This document shows positions 13,300-27,207 of a stretch of DNA of 64,000 nt, one piece after another. Source of the stretch: the human T2T-CHM13v2.0 reference genome, Homo sapiens. The notes beneath the pieces are model-generated. The model saw only the letters and a list, made by a program, of their open reading frames with translations. It had not been told where the DNA came from and made no database searches. A program made the position numbers and the translations under genes. Position 1 is the stretch's first letter; every line of letters begins with the position of its first letter. The stretch lies in NCBI RefSeq assembly GCF_009914755.1, contig NC_060947.1; one strand, written 5' to 3'.

Positions 13300-14050
13300 C
13301 ATTGACTTCCTACTTGCTAAATGCAATGAATTCTTTGCAGCCCTCATCCATCTTTGCCTCTCTAGCTTTTTCATGGCTTTTTTAAGTCTTTCTCTACAAA
13401 ACCTCTGTTCATTCAACTATTACTCTATCACTTTCTTCTAATTCAAATCCAAATTACAACTCCATGCTAACTTGCAATGAGTTGTCCTCCACTTGCTCTG
13501 AAAGACCACAGCTCTCCAGGAGTCCTAGTCCTGTCATCTTCATCTGCTCTCATGAGTTCCAATCATACCTATCTTTGTTCCTCCCTCCCACATCTCGATC
13601 TCCAGCCCCATCTTCTCCTCTAGACTCCAAACTATATTTCGGCACCTTCCTAGGTATCTCCATGTGGAGCTTCTTCCCTCATCATCTCCCTAAAACTACA
13701 TGAGTCATTTCCCCAGCCCCTCACCAATAGGCACCCCTTGCCACCATCTTCATCCCTTGCTCTCCTCCAGTGGATCACAAGCCACACAAATTTTCCTTGG
13801 ACGTATTTCTGGAATCGTTCACCTCGGCACATACAAGGAAGATCCTTTTTATACCCTCATGGAATCATTGCAAATAACCACTCTGCTGACTCCCATGACC
13901 TCTAGATTTTCTCTTTCCAGTCTACCCTCAATGTAGCTACAGATTGATCTTTGTAAAGCAGTCATCTGGTTGTGTCACTGCTTAACGTCTCACAGTGGCT
14001 CTGCTTTGCTCTCGGGAGAAGCCAAGCACTTGAACGTTATATGCCAGCTT
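13300..14050 (+). mobile_element. Degraded L2 fragment
   Basis: C/T-rich L2-like phrases (ctccaaactatattt..., gattgatctttgtaaagc...gtgtcactgctt...cagtggct). Confidence 0.55.
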
Positions 14051-15647
14051 GAGGGTGCTTCTCGGCCATGTCTCAAGGCAGAGAGTGTGAGGGGCCAAGA
14101 ACCCCTGCTTTAGAATCCCTGTGTTTGCAGTGAAGTAATGCCTCCTGTGAGCAGCTCTCGCTGATGATTAGATTTAGTGGCAGCACTGACACAGACCCAT
14201 TCTAGGAGACTTGGGATGTCTTCGTCTGCACACTTTGGTTCAAGGACTCCCAATAGCTTGACTGAAACTTCCTGAGAGTTCAAGGCAGTCTGGAATGTTT
14301 CCACTCGACTTTCTCTTTCTCCTCCATTCCAGGTCAGATTCTAGTGGGATCAGAACCCTCTGATGGCCTTCTCTGGCTCTTTCCCTTTTTCCTGTCACAA
14401 GAGTATTTATTTCCCCTAGTGAAATTCTTGAGAGTTTAATGTACAAATCACTCACCTTCTCTGAGCCCTTATCTCTTCTCTAAAATGCATCTACCACACA
14501 TGTACAATTGTATTACTGAGCTTATACATGTAAGGAACCTACTGCCAAGTCTTGTATGGGATCGGTGCTCAATTTGTGTTATTTCCCTAGTCTCTAAGCC
14601 TGTGGTTATAAAGGTGTAAGATCTTCAATGCTAAAAGTCTATACCTTATGTGTTCAATGTGTTTTAAATCTGAGTCGATGTGTTTTGTCTTTTATTTTTA
14701 AACAAAGAGGGGAGGAACTGACATGAGAAAGACCACAGGAAAAACATTGTTCTAATCCAGTGTCAGAAGTGAAAAATGCTTCCACGTAGACTCTGCGTGT
14801 TGGCTTGAAAGTGACTCGCAATTGGCCCCTCGAGGTAGCAGGGCCACAATTTATCAGGACTCTAAGGCCATCAGGAAAAAAATCAAGGATAATCTTTGTT
14901 TCTTTTTCTATACTACATTGACTGATAAAGGTTATAGAGAAAGAATTATTTGTTAGCATGTTAGGAAATCATAAACACTTATAATAACTGCACACCATGG
15001 AGACAACTAAAAAATCAAAATCAAAATATAAAACAAGTAAATAATGCTGCTCCTGCTGGCCTTTCAGAAGAATAACAAAAAAGATATTTTGAATGCAAGA
15101 ACAAAAACATAAATATTGTGCAAATGTCAATAAACTCTAGTCTCATATACTAAACAATGCTGATCTGTTTACCAATCACTGCTGTCACTAGTTTATTCCA
15201 TTTTTCTTCTTCCTACTAAGAAGCATTTGACTCATCCCCCCAAAAATGAAACATTGTGCCAGATATGAGCCTGATGAGAAGAGAATTATGAAATTAAAGT
15301 AGTTCATTTTTGTATGTAAGATTTTCTTCCCAATTTGCGAATAGCTTGAAAAGAGCTGAGATATGTTTCAAGATCATGTTTAGATTACATGAATTTATGT
15401 GTTCTCTCACCTCCTTACAGTGGTCGTTACAAATTATGTAGTTGCAAAAAATTGTATGATATCAAAGAGTACAGCCATTTTAAAAGAAAATTAACATCTG
15501 TGAAACAAAGGAGAGAGAGGACACTGATTATTTGGGGATGTAAAGTATACAAGGTATAGAATTTGGTGTAAAATCATACTATTATTTTTAAATCTTCTTT
15601 TACTAAACAAGTCAAGTGTATTGTTTTGACCATATTGAAATGATATA

Positions 15648-15876
15648 GGCCAGGCGCACTGACTCATACCTGTAATCCCAGCATTTTGGGAGGCCAAGGC
15701 AGGAGGATTGCTTGAGCCCTGGAGTTGAAGACCAACCTGGTAAGCACAGGAAGACCCTATCTCTGCAAAAAAATTAAAAATTAACCAGGCATGGTGGTAT
15801 GAACCTGTAGTCCTAGGTGCTTGGGAGGCTGAGGTGGGAGGGTTGGTTGAGCCCAGGAGGTCAAGGTTGCAGTGTA
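15648..15876 (+). mobile_element. AluJ, 3' end missing
   Basis: ggccaggcgc...cttgagccc...ggtcaaggttgcagtg then an abrupt break with no tail. Confidence 0.88.
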
Positions 15877-15884
15877 CTATAGAC

Positions 15885-16069
15885 CAAGGGTGAGAAAACT
15901 TTTTGTGTAAAAGGCTGGATAGTAAATATTTTGCGCTGCTCTTGTAGCACACAAGCAGCCATAGACTACACATACATGAATGAATGTGGCTACGTCCCAA
16001 TAAAATTGTATTTACAAAAACATGTAGCAGGCCAAATTTGGTCCATTGGTGGTTGTTTGCCGACCCCTG
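15885..16069 (+). mobile_element. MER58A (hAT-Charlie MITE)
   Basis: caaggg...gccgacccctg termini; internal gcagccatagac...ccaataaaa; degenerate 8-bp TSD ctatagac/ctacagaa. Confidence 0.8.
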
Positions 16070-17034
16070 CTACAGAATAGCATACATCTATGCTTCTCAA
16101 AACAGATACAACTATAGAAATGAGAAAAATAAACTAAAATGCATGTGCACAGCCTGAGGGAGCTAAGAAAAAGTCACTTTAAATAAAATTTAAGTTTAGC
16201 TGCATTTTTCATTAGCTACCAAAGACAGAAGCAATTTCCATTTGTCATAAAAGCTAACTTAAAATTCTAGACACCTGCTTGCCAGCAAGGTCCACCCACA
16301 CGATGAGGAAATTCACAATATCTATATGCCAGCACTTTCTCTTCATCAGGGTTCACTGCTGCATTCTGCTATCCCATGCCTTTAAAAAGCCTGGCTTTTA
16401 AAACAGAAGTCCAAGACATAACTCTCAAGGGTATTAGCAGAATGGCTCTAACACAGAATTCTGAATTACCAGCAGCAAAAATGGCTGTTCAACTCCTTCA
16501 AACCATGGGATTGCTGTCCTAGTGGGTAGGAAAGCAAAAAGAAGGTTGTCTCCTCATTAAGGCAGAAAATCTTGAAGGAGAAGAGGGAAGAAAGGACATT
16601 AAGAGACTAATTGAAAACACTTGAAGATGGAAGCCAACAATGAGGTGGAAGAAAAAGTAAACATGATTCAACTTTCATTGAAGGAATCTCAACAAAGAAA
16701 GATGGAAACTTGCTTTGATCACTGAAGTTTTAAAATTGTACTAGTTACGTAATTTTCAATATCCTATTTGTAATGAACCAGTAATCTCCACTACTCACTT
16801 TTTGACGCCTGAGATTTGGCCTCTTACAAAGTTGGGCAGGGAGCAGACAATGCTTGGCTTTTGGTCAAGGTGCAAACTCTTTCAGGGCCAGAAACAAGAT
16901 GGTACCAGGAGCGGAAGCAAGATGTCTCCCCAGCAAGCATTTGAGACTGAAGATCAGTCTCTTCTATCTTCCAAAATTCCACTGGGCAATCTCCTCTATG
17001 GATTTTTTAGATCTTCAAATTTTTTCATATATAA

Positions 17035-17380
<346 letters not shown>

Positions 17381-17616
17381 TAAAGAGTCTTATAACCACC
17401 ATCATAACCAGGATACAGAACAGTTCTATCACCCCTCAAAACTCTCTCATGCCATCATAGTCATCCCCAAACCCTAACCTATGGCAACCACCAATCTGTT
17501 CTTCATTGCAATGGTTTGTTTTTGAGAATGTCAAATAAACAGAACCATACAGTATGTAATTCTTTGAATCTAGCGTCTTGCTCATGTAGGTATATGTCTT
17601 TAAGACTCATCCAAGT

Positions 17617-17737
17617 TGTGTGTGTGTGTATATATATGTATATATATATACACACACACATATGTATGTATATATATATATACACACACACACACATATG
17701 CATATACGTGTGTGGGTGTGTATATATCTATCTATAT

Positions 17738-17783
<46 letters not shown>
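17617..17783. repeat. Compound microsatellite (TG)n(TA)n(CA)n...(GATA)n
   Basis: Direct reading; ends in an uninterrupted GATA run of about 11 units. Confidence 0.95.
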
Positions 17784-18072
17784 TTTTTAAGAGATAGGGT
17801 CTCACTTGCCATCCAGACTGAAGTGCAGTAGCGCAATCCTAGCACACTGCAGCCCCAACCTCCTGGGCCCAAGTGATTCTCTCACCCCAGCCTCCTGAGT
17901 AGCTGGGACTACAGGTGCGCACCACCATGCCTGACTAATTTTTTTTATTTTTTGTAGAGACAGGGTCTCCCTATGTTGCCCATACTGGTCTCGAACTCCA
18001 GGGCTCAAGCCATCTTTCCTCCTCAGTCTCCCTAAGTGCTGGGATTATAGGCGTGAGCCACAGTGCCTGGCC
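17784..18072 (-). mobile_element. AluJ
   Basis: gagatagggtctcac...ctcctgggcccaag...gtgcctggcc. Confidence 0.9.
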
Positions 18073-18566
18073 CTGTTGTATATATTAATAGTTTGTTTCC
18101 TTTTATTGCTGAATAATAGATGATTATATAAAGTAGCAATTTTTAAGTCCATCTACTCATTAGAGGATTTTGGATTGTTTCTAGCTTTTGACTATCACAA
18201 ATAAAGTTCTGAACATTCATGTATAGGTTTTCGTCGGAACATAAGTTTTCATTTCTCTAGAATAAATATAGAGAAATGGTAGTGCTCTGTCTTATGGTAA
18301 GTGTATGTTTTATTTTATACAATATGGCCAATCTGTTCTCTGTGGTTTAAATTTTCTAATCATTATACTTACTATTTTCTCATATTAAGAGATAGCACAC
18401 ACCCAGTGAAGCTCCCCTACATACTGGCTGAGCTCAAGCTCTTTAAGCGCTTTAAGACTATTTCCTACTTTTAAGTGTGGAGGCAATGATATTTCTTATT
18501 TTATATGTCTCATGAAGGCTAAATGAGGTGACGCTATCAAAGCTCTCAGGCCAGCATAGATGCACA

Positions 18567-18755
18567 AGCGGTCCTCAACCAGGGCAATTCTATTCCCAGG
18601 GGAGCTTGGCAGTATCTGCAGACATTTTCTATTGTCACAACCTGAGGAGAGCAGTGCACCCACATCAAGGGGAGAGGCCAGCTATGATGCTAAACATCCT
18701 ACAATGCACCCAACAACTCCCTACAACAGAGAAGTATCCAGCCACAAATGTCACA
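18567..18755 (+). mobile_element. MER20 (hAT-Charlie)
   Basis: gcggtcctcaacc...gacatttt...gaggccag...gatgctaaacatcctacaatgcac...aaatgtca. Confidence 0.8.
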
Positions 18756-19789
18756 GGGGCCAACCCCAATCTACACATAGAAAGCACTCCACAAATACCT
18801 AGTCTCATCAGCAACGTCGTCATTAAAAGGAATACTCATTGAAACTCAGCCTTGAGTTAGTCAAGAATTCAAAACAAGTAAACCTCTCAAACAAAATTCT
18901 GTCTTTAAAAGAAAAGAGTAATTACAATATCAAAGTCGAGAAAGCGAGTATATAATTAAAATAAATCATTAATAATTGTTTTACTTCAAATTTCCCAAGA
19001 AAATGTTAATATCTAAAGATTTTCTGAAGTGCCCTTGACAATCCCACATATATCTAGGGTCCTAAGACAGTTATCATCAATACTCAAAATTACAAAGAGC
19101 AAACGTTTCCACGTTTTTCACCACAACATTTTTCTTTTCAAATTTTAAAAGGCACTGAAAATGAGACATTTAAATGCATGTTAGTCATCCATTCAAATCA
19201 ATTCAGCTGAAAAAGACTTTATTTAGCAGTGTTAGAGAATTGCTATAGATGTAACCTAAGATGAAGACGAGTTAACAAAAGGAATAGACTTGTCTTGTCT
19301 ATTGACTTGAATCAGACTAGAATAGTCTTGTCTAAGTGAAATGCAGCACCATGTAAGCTTGGCCATCATATTTTCACAACCAGCTGTGTGACTCTGAGCC
19401 TCTCAGACATGTGTTTTCTTCATCTGCAAATAGGCACTGTGCACCACCGAGGCCCCTTCCAGGTTGAATGTTCCCTAGGGAAGTTCCATTGCCTGTCACT
19501 TTTAGTAACAGCCCTAGGGAAGAGGCTGGAGAGGAGCTTTGAGCTTCTCCGCCCCTTCTCCTGAAAGTCCCAGATCTAGGGTAAAAATCTATCTCAAGCT
19601 CTAGCCGACCCAGGCTTTCCAGGTAAATCAGGTATGTGGAGGGCTGGCAGAGGGGTAAGTGTGCAGGGAAGAATAAATATTGAGTATATTTGCCATTTAA
19701 TTTTTAATGCATTTAGAATGTATTCAGAGTACATGGAGCAATCCTTGAAAGAATGCTGACGTGACGTGATTTGCATTTATTCTTTGTTT

Positions 19790-19990
19790 TGTTTTGGGTT
19801 TGTAACATCTTTATTAAGACATAATTCACATACCAAAGATTTCACCCATTTAAAATGTACAATTCAGTGGGTCTTAGTGCATTCAAAGAATTGTGCAGCC
19901 ATCACCACAATCCATTTCCAGGCATTTCATAATCCCCCAAAGCACCCCACCATACTCCTCCTAATCCTATCACCCCACCCTCCATCAAGT
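19790..19990 (-). mobile_element. L1M 3' fragment
   Basis: ataattcacatacc...ttcacccatttaaaatgtacaattcagtgg...gtgcagccatcaccac. Confidence 0.75.
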
Positions 19991-20119
19991 TTCCCCCTGT
20001 GGATAACTGGTCAAAGCAAATTCCACAAATCCTTTAAAAGCTGCTCTATGTCCATTTTTCCTTTTTAAAGTCATTCACTGCCTTTTTTTTTTTTTTTTAG
20101 TTCTGACTCGTGACATTGA

Positions 20120-20320
20120 TTGCAAGGTTAGGACTAGGTGAGAAGAATGCTTGGTCTCTGGCACAAAGTCTAAAGGGTGCCGAATACTCCATCAACAAGA
20201 AAATTAATATTACAGTGCAATGCAATATCATAGAAAATAAAATGAGAGCGCCAGAATTTAAAATAAAGACAGGATCCACTTCCACTAGCCAGACCCAGCC
20301 CCCGACCTTTCCCTAATTCT
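20120..20320 (+). mobile_element. MER96/MER91-like hAT relic
   Basis: caaggttaggactaggtgag...cacaaagtctaagggtgcc. Confidence 0.4.
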
Positions 20321-20358
20321 GCCGTGAGGTCAAGGTTATTTACAAAAACAGGCAGCTG

Positions 20359-20665
20359 GGCTGGGCGCGGTGGCTTATGCCTGTAATCTCAGCACTTTGG
20401 GAGGCCGAGGCAGGTGGATCACTTGAAGTCAGGAGTTCGAGACCAGCCTGGCCAACCTGGTGAAACGCTGTCTCTACTAAAAATACAAAAATTAGCTGGG
20501 CGTGGTGGCGGGTGCCTGTAATCCCAGCTACTCAGGAGGCTAAGGGAGGAGAATCACTTGAACCTGGGGAGCAGAGGTTGCAGTGAGCCGAGATCGTGCC
20601 ATTGGACTCCAGCCTGGGCAACAGAGCGAGACTCTGTCTCAAACAAACAAACAAGCAAACAAACA
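20359..20665 (+). mobile_element. AluS (Sx/Sz-like) with (AAAC)n tail
   Basis: Full dimer; degenerate TSD aaaacaggcagctg / agaccagccagctg. Confidence 0.95.
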
Positions 20666-20739
20666 AGACCAGCCAGCTGGCACGTGGACTGTCATTTTCC
20701 AACTTCATCTTTTAAAATATTGCATGCCAATGTCACATA

Positions 20740-20824
20740 TCTTGATTACTGAGGTTTTTTGGTGCCTCCTTAAATTTTGTGCTTCAGGCAATTGATCACT
20801 CACCTTACCCTTGTCCTAGTCCTG
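20740..20824 (-). mobile_element. MER96B-like hAT relic
   Basis: - strand reads caggactaggacaagggtaaggtgag...cacaaaatttaaggaggcacc. Confidence 0.5.
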
Positions 20825-21309
20825 ATGCTATTTTCATTTTCTTTTTTCTTTTTTCCTTTCCCTGATGAACTTACTTAAAAAAGAAAATGATTTTGGAAGC
20901 CTAGGGAGAGTGGTAGAAGGGAAGTGAGAATATTATGTGATCCACAGACTGGGTCCTAAGCCCATGTGTAATCGAGGTGTTTGATGTAAACATTTGGACG
21001 GAGTCACCTCCTCTACCAGAACTCAGAATTTCCAGCAGCACGATGCCCACCAGGTGTACAGAATCAAAATGCTGGAAGGTGTATTTTTTCATGATCTTAG
21101 GGCTAAGATAAGGAGAGTGCTAGTAAAATTTACTGATGCAAATTTATTTCAGTAATAAAGATTATGGAGGAACACGAAAAACAGCATTATCTAATGTGGT
21201 TCTGTGATGGAGCCAGTGGTGTAATTTAACTCAGGAATAATTTAAGGATTAAAACTCAGAGGTATTTAGGAAAAAATGTGAATGATAAATAACCCTAGAA
21301 GCCGTTGGT

Positions 21310-21688
21310 TGTGGCATCTAAAGAAGTTGAATTCCTGGAAGTAGAGTAGTAGAATGTTGACCAAGAGTGTTGGTGGCAGGGAGGGTTGGGGAGATGTTGA
21401 TCCCAGGATACAAAATGTCAGTTAGACAGGAGGCATAAGTTCAAGGGATGTATTGTACAACATGGTGACTATAGTTCATAACAATATATTGCATACTTGA
21501 AAATTGCTAAGAGAGCAGATTTTGTGTTCTCGTCACAAAAGAATGGTAAGTATGCAAAGTGATGCATATAATAATTAACTCGATTTAGCCATTCCACAAT
21601 GCATACATATTTCCAAACATCACCTTTTTACACCATAAATACATGTAATTTTTATATATTGATTTAAAAAGGAATTAACTTTAAGAAA
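21310..21688 (+). mobile_element. 5'-truncated L1MA 3' end
   Basis: L1MA-type 3' UTR (cagttagacaggagg...catggtgactatagtt...gaaaattgctaagagag); perfect 13-bp TSD agaagccgttggt at 21297-21309 and 21689-21701. Confidence 0.88.
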
Positions 21689-23094
21689 AGAAGCCGTTGG
21701 TCTGGACAGATGCAAAATGTATACAAGATGTTGGAATATATAAATAAAAGGATATGGGAAAATTCAAAGAGATATGATAGCTGTATACCCAGTGCTTGAC
21801 TGAACCCCCTCCTCACATACTAACTCTCCTGGCAGAGCAGGAGAAACTATCCCCGTGGAGAGTTTCTGTCATCAAGCTCTCAGGTACATTTGATGAAGGA
21901 GCCCCAGATCAGGGTAAGAAGTGTCCAGAACCCAGTCATAGCTCCAATAAGAGGTTCGCTTAGGTGGATAAAGCTCAAAAGTACAGAGCTTCGTGAGACA
22001 AGTGCAGATGAAACATGTCAGCACTTGAATCTTTCTTCTCAGAGAGAAGCAGGAACACTGCAGATTATTTTGCTGAATCTGGGACGCAGGAAAAGAGTAA
22101 GGAACAATGGGAAGCTGGGGTCTCCTATCTTCATTCGTCATGAGAGACAAGGGCTAGATGAGGAAAAGCAAGCAGATGGCTCTGGACAAGAGAGAACAGG
22201 AAATGCTTCCAACTTCAGGCACAATGGATAGGAGTTGTTGGCATCTGGCGGTGAGCGAGTGCTTGAGATTTTGAAGCAAGGGGCCATCCAGAGTCCACGG
22301 TGAAGCACAGGCAGAGAGCAGCACATGGGCAGGGTGCTCTGAGCTCTGCAGCTGCAGGGATGTTGTGAAGCCATGCTGAGGGTGGCTCACGTCTCTGCTC
22401 ATGTGGCTACTGGGAAGGGGCAAGAACTGGAAAGCGACCCTATGTGTCTGTGTTGGACGTTTTCTGTTTGCATCTGGCAAACAGAGACTCTATGTCTCTG
22501 TCTCTTAAAAAATAAAAAATAAATTACTTTTGTTAATTAAATTAATTACTAATTGCATCTGGCTCCCTTTTCTACCTTTCTTACCCTACCTATGCTCCAG
22601 GAGTCTGACCTCAATGGTTGTATCCACAGCTTCCTGTGCCTTTGGCTTGTACTTCTTCAGATGGCGGAGGGAAGGAGCACCAGGAGACCTCAGCTTGGCT
22701 TGAGCAGGGATGTTTGGGGACAGGGCAGTCCCAGCAGCAGTCATGACAAAGCCTCACTCCTCACCTTCATAATCTGCAGCCCCAGGCCAGAGACGGGGAG
22801 TACCTCTGAGTCCTCAGGATGTTGACAGTATCATCCACATGGCCCTGGGATTTCCCAAAATGGCCAGGCCATGCATGATGTCCCACCAATATCCCCAGCC
22901 CAGTGCTGAAGATTCTGTCTTCTGTGCCTGTATAATTAATCCCAGGTTTCAGACAAGGGCCCTGTGCTGAAGAATAGCGCTGTATCATGAGCCATGGGCC
23001 ATCTTCCTCCACATGAGGTTTTGGTTTAATTTTTAATTTCAATTTATTTTTTATTTTTTTAAAGACAGAGACACTGAGAGAGGGATAAACAGAC

Positions 23095-23830
23095 TGTTTT
23101 TCTTATTATGATAAGATACATATAAAATATGCCATTTTAGCCATTTTAATTGTACAATTCAGTGGCTTCATATTTTCACAATTGTGCAGTCATCAGCACT
23201 ATATATTTCCATAACATTTTCATCACCCCAATCTTCAATCTCTTTTTATTAAGACGTTTTTTGGTGAAATATCAGGAACAGTAAAAACTTGCCACCGTAA
23301 CCATTTTTAAGTGTACAGTTCGGTGTCATTAAGTACATTCACACTGTTGCACAGCCATCACCACCACTCATCCCCACAACTTGTTCATTATCCTAAGCTA
23401 AAACTGCACACACTGTATAATCACTCCCGGTCCCCTCCCCTCAGCCCCTGGCAATCAGGATTCCACTTTCTGCTTTTATGGACTCAACTACTCTAAGAAC
23501 TTCATAAAAGTGGAATCATAACGTATTGTCCTTTTATGTCTGGCATATTTCACTTAGCACAATGTCCTCAGGGTTCATCCATGTACCATATATCAGAACA
23601 TTCCCGTTTAAGGCTGAATAAGAGGTCATTGCATGTACATGTACATTTGTTTATCCATTCATCTGTTGACCCACATTTGAGTTATTTCCACCTTTTGGCT
23701 ATTGTGAATAATGCTGCTATGAACATTGACATACAAGTACCTGAGTCCCAGTTTTCAATTCTTTGAGGTATATACCTGCAAGTAGGATCACGGGATTGTA
23801 TGGCAATTTTATGTTTAGCTTTTTTAGCAT
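23095..23830 (-). mobile_element. L1MB-like 3' fragments (two pieces)
   Basis: ccatttttaagtgtacagttc..., ttcacttagcacaatgtcctcagggttcatccatg..., ggctattgtgaataatgctgctatgaacatt. Confidence 0.8.
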
Positions 23831-25070
23831 CTCCACGTAAGCTTCATCCCTTTTTTCAATAATACAAAAGGTTGAAATCCTTGACCTATATTTCCATTAT
23901 TATGTAATTTTAACAGATACCAAACCTGTAAGAATTTCCAGTGGAACATTTTAAAGAGCTTTTAAAAATATATACAGCCCCTGGGGTAGAACGGAATTAG
24001 AGTCAAATTCTCAGTTCCCGACTGACCAATACTCATTCCTTATGCCATTGTTGATAATTCAGTAAAACAATAGATGTGTCTTTATTCTTGTGAAATTGAA
24101 GTTTCTGAGACATCTTGTTCAACCTTCCTTCTTCTGGCGAAGTAGTCAGTTTTATACTACTATTTTGGGGGATATAATTGTGTGAAAAACTTCTTCTCTT
24201 GAGCATGAAAGCCCTGCCACACCCACACAGGAAGATGAGATGGGAGACAGACAAAACCTGTAGCATTTCTCCATTCTTTTAGCCCACACCTGCACTAAAA
24301 TAACCTCCGTCAGATCCTCACCCGGAGCAGCTCTCTTTCTTTTTCCCCATGAAGCCTAACAAAGCATCCTGGATAACTGTGTACTTCCTGCCTCACAAAT
24401 AAGAAGGGAATTATTTATCATCTGGCTAGACAGGTGCAGAATCTTAGAAGCCCTGATTCCTATTGAAATCCGGGGCCAGAGCACGACGTCAACCATGCCT
24501 CCCTGTCTGGGACCCACACCAATGGTGAGGTGAGCGGTGCTGGGAGTACACAGCCTGTCTAGTTCTTTCTCAAGATTGACATGTCAACTCCATGAAACTC
24601 GGCATTGCTCTCATAAACATCATCTCCTAAGCTCATCTTGGCATCAGATCTGTACGATGGCAGGAGTGCTGGGGAGGCTGGCACACCCATGCGAATTTGT
24701 TTGGAGCCGGGAGAGACCTGTCGGGGGCACTGGGTTATGCCTTAGATAGTAGGGCTTTGCTAACACCTGGGATATTGAGTCTGGAACTCCCATGGGACAC
24801 AGCTGCCCTGGTCCCAACTTGGAATCAGATGCTTCCAAAGAGAATAAAGAAATGTCAGCTCCTTTCATTAAAATAGTCAAATCCACTGCATACAAACTGA
24901 ATGCGGTTATAATGCTGGACAAAAACTTTTTCTTCCTTTTTTCCCCCTAATTTCAGGGGGAAAAATGCTTAGAGTTTTAGAAAGATTTTTTTTCAGAAAT
25001 CTTTTGCCTTCAGAGGTGGAGGATTACTTTGTAACAGTCACACAGGAAAACTGTCCTTAGACACACAACA

Positions 25071-25231
25071 CAATGGTTCTCAGATTTTAGATGGCCACCA
25101 ATCCCGTTCTGTGTGCTGGTTTAAAATGCAGATTCTTAGGCTCCACCTCCAGAAGATTCTGATCCTTTAGGTTGGAGCACAGCCTAAGAATCTGTGTTTG
25201 TAGCCCACTCCAGGGCATTCTGATGGAGGTG
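25071..25231. mobile_element. MER5A fragment
   Basis: caatggttctca...ttaaaatgcagattc...agattctgat...aagaatctg. Confidence 0.7.
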
Positions 25232-25719
25232 GTATAATTGGTCTACTATTGCTGCTATAACAAATTACCACAAACCCAATGGCCTCCAACATCATGAATT
25301 TATTATCTCACAGTTTGGCAGGCCAGAAGTCTGATAAGAGCCTTGCTGCACTAAGATCAAGGTGTCAATAGGGCTGTTTTCCTTCTAGAGTGGAGAATCT
25401 GCTTTCAAGCCACCTGCATTCCTTGTCTGACGGCCCCTTCATCTGTCTTCAAAGCAGGCAGCCTTATCTCTCGGACCCTGCTTTCTTCCTCATATCTGTT
25501 TCTTTCTCTCTAACCTCAGTTGGGCAGGTTCTCTGATGTTAAGAATACTTTAAGATAACATCAGGCCCTCTAGATGATTCAAAATACTCTCATCCCAGGG
25601 TCTCTAATCTTACTTACATCTGCAAAAATCCCTTTTGTGGTCTAAAGCAACATATTCACAGGTTCTGGGCCGTAAGCGTCTTTCCAGGGCAAAGGATTGG
25701 GCATTATTCTGTCTACCAC
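25232..25719 (-). mobile_element. MaLR solo LTR (MLT1D-like)
   Basis: ctattgctgctataacaaattaccacaaac...cattattctgtctaccac. Confidence 0.8.
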
Positions 25720-25802
25720 GGGGAATCTGCAGGCCAGATTTAGAAAAACCTGCAAGCGACAGCGTGTATTCCATTTTTCTGGTCGCCCACAGTACCCATA
25801 AA

Positions 25803-26029
25803 CCAGTGGTTCTCCACTGGGGAAGAGGGGTAATTTTTTAGCCCCAGGAATATTTTGCAATGGCTAGAGGTATTTTAGGGTTGTTACAGCTGGGAAATGG
25901 GGGTTCTCCTGGCATAGAGTGAGTAGAGGCCAGGGCTGCTGCTGAACAGCCCACACAGCAGGGTGGCCCCCACCGTAAAAAAGAATTATCTGACCCAAAT
26001 ATCAATAGTACCCAATTTGGAAAACTCTG
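25803..26029 (+). mobile_element. MER20
   Basis: cagtggttctc...gtagaggccaggg...aagaattatctgacccaaatatcaatagt...aactctg. Confidence 0.8.
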
Positions 26030-26269
26030 CCATTAGCAGAGATGAGGAATTAAGGACATATTAATAAGCAAATTTATTCCTTTATATTCATCAATAGCTT
26101 TGCTCTGTCTAACCTGCCATTACATTGACAGAGTTCTCTTTAAGTCAATCAGATCTATATTTACCATCTTAAAACTACAGGTTTACTTGGAGCTTTCTCA
26201 TCTACACTACTCCCTTCAAATTCCATTCCTTTCGTAAGTTTTGAAACATTTTAAATACCATGTCAGATC

Positions 26270-26636
26270 AGTGCATTCGTTTGCTAGGGTTGCCTTTGGG
26301 GGACTTAACAGAAATTGTTCTCTTGCCATCCTGGATGCTGGAAGTCCGAGATCCAGGTGTGGGCAGGGCTGGTTCCTCCTGAGACCTCTCTCCTTGGCTT
26401 GGAGATGCCCTCTTTCGCTGTGTTCTCAAATGGTCATCCTTCTGTGTTTGTCTTTGTCCTAATCTCCTCTTCTTATAAGGACACCAGTCCTGTTGGATCA
26501 GGGCTCGCCCAAATGACTTTATTTTACCTTAATCATTTCTTTAAAAGCTCTATCTCCAAATACAGTCACATACTGAGGTCCTGGGGGTTAGGACTCCAAC
26601 ATCTGAATTTAGAGGAGCACAATTCAGCCCATAACA
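26270..26636 (-). mobile_element. MaLR solo LTR (MLT1B-like)
   Basis: ctcttcttataaggacaccagtc...cagtcacatactgaggtcctgggggttaggact...aattcagcccataaca. Confidence 0.85.
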
Positions 26637-27207
26637 ATACATGAAAATACCTTCTCTTTAAAACACAGAATTGGGAATGATTAAGATAATGATTATAAAA
26701 GACATTCAAAAATCTTAAGATACTAAATCAATATATAGAACTAAGCTGAGCATTTTTTTTTCTTAATAGTTTTGAAGAAAACAGTATACCTCTTACCTGT
26801 GAAGCTATGATACACATTCACAAACAAGCCAGGCTTCTTGATCACAAGGCACAAAAATTGAATCAATTTGCTAATTTTAAAGCCAGGCTAATAATTTCTA
26901 CTCTTAACTTTTGATTTATTTGTTTCTTTGTTTGTTTTTGCTATAAAAGCACATAAGGAGACTCAATTTTAGATACAGTGACCCATTTGTCACCGTATCC
27001 AAAATTATCTGAAATCAAATTAAGAACATCACCCAGAGTTCAAAAGCACTCAGTGGAGATGAGTTTGCAATGTCGCAGAGAAGGTAGTCTTGCACTCCAT
27101 TTTACAATTTCCTTTAACTCCCCAGCATTATCTTTGGCATCTCGATGAAATTTCACTGGGTGTTGTAGGGCAATCCCAGATAGAAAAGCGCCCAATATGG
27201 ACTTTTC

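Noticed and set aside
15491-16000. 169-aa ORF and similar ORFs at 2849, 39711, 57810 and 63483
   Set aside because: Translations of Alu/MER sequence.
19282-19335. Two short hairpins (aatagac/gtctatt and agacta/tagtct)
   Set aside because: 6-7 bp stems are expected by chance in 64 kb.
19757-19769. Tandem TGACG half-sites (tgacgtgacgtga)
   Set aside because: Isolated short motif with no promoter context.
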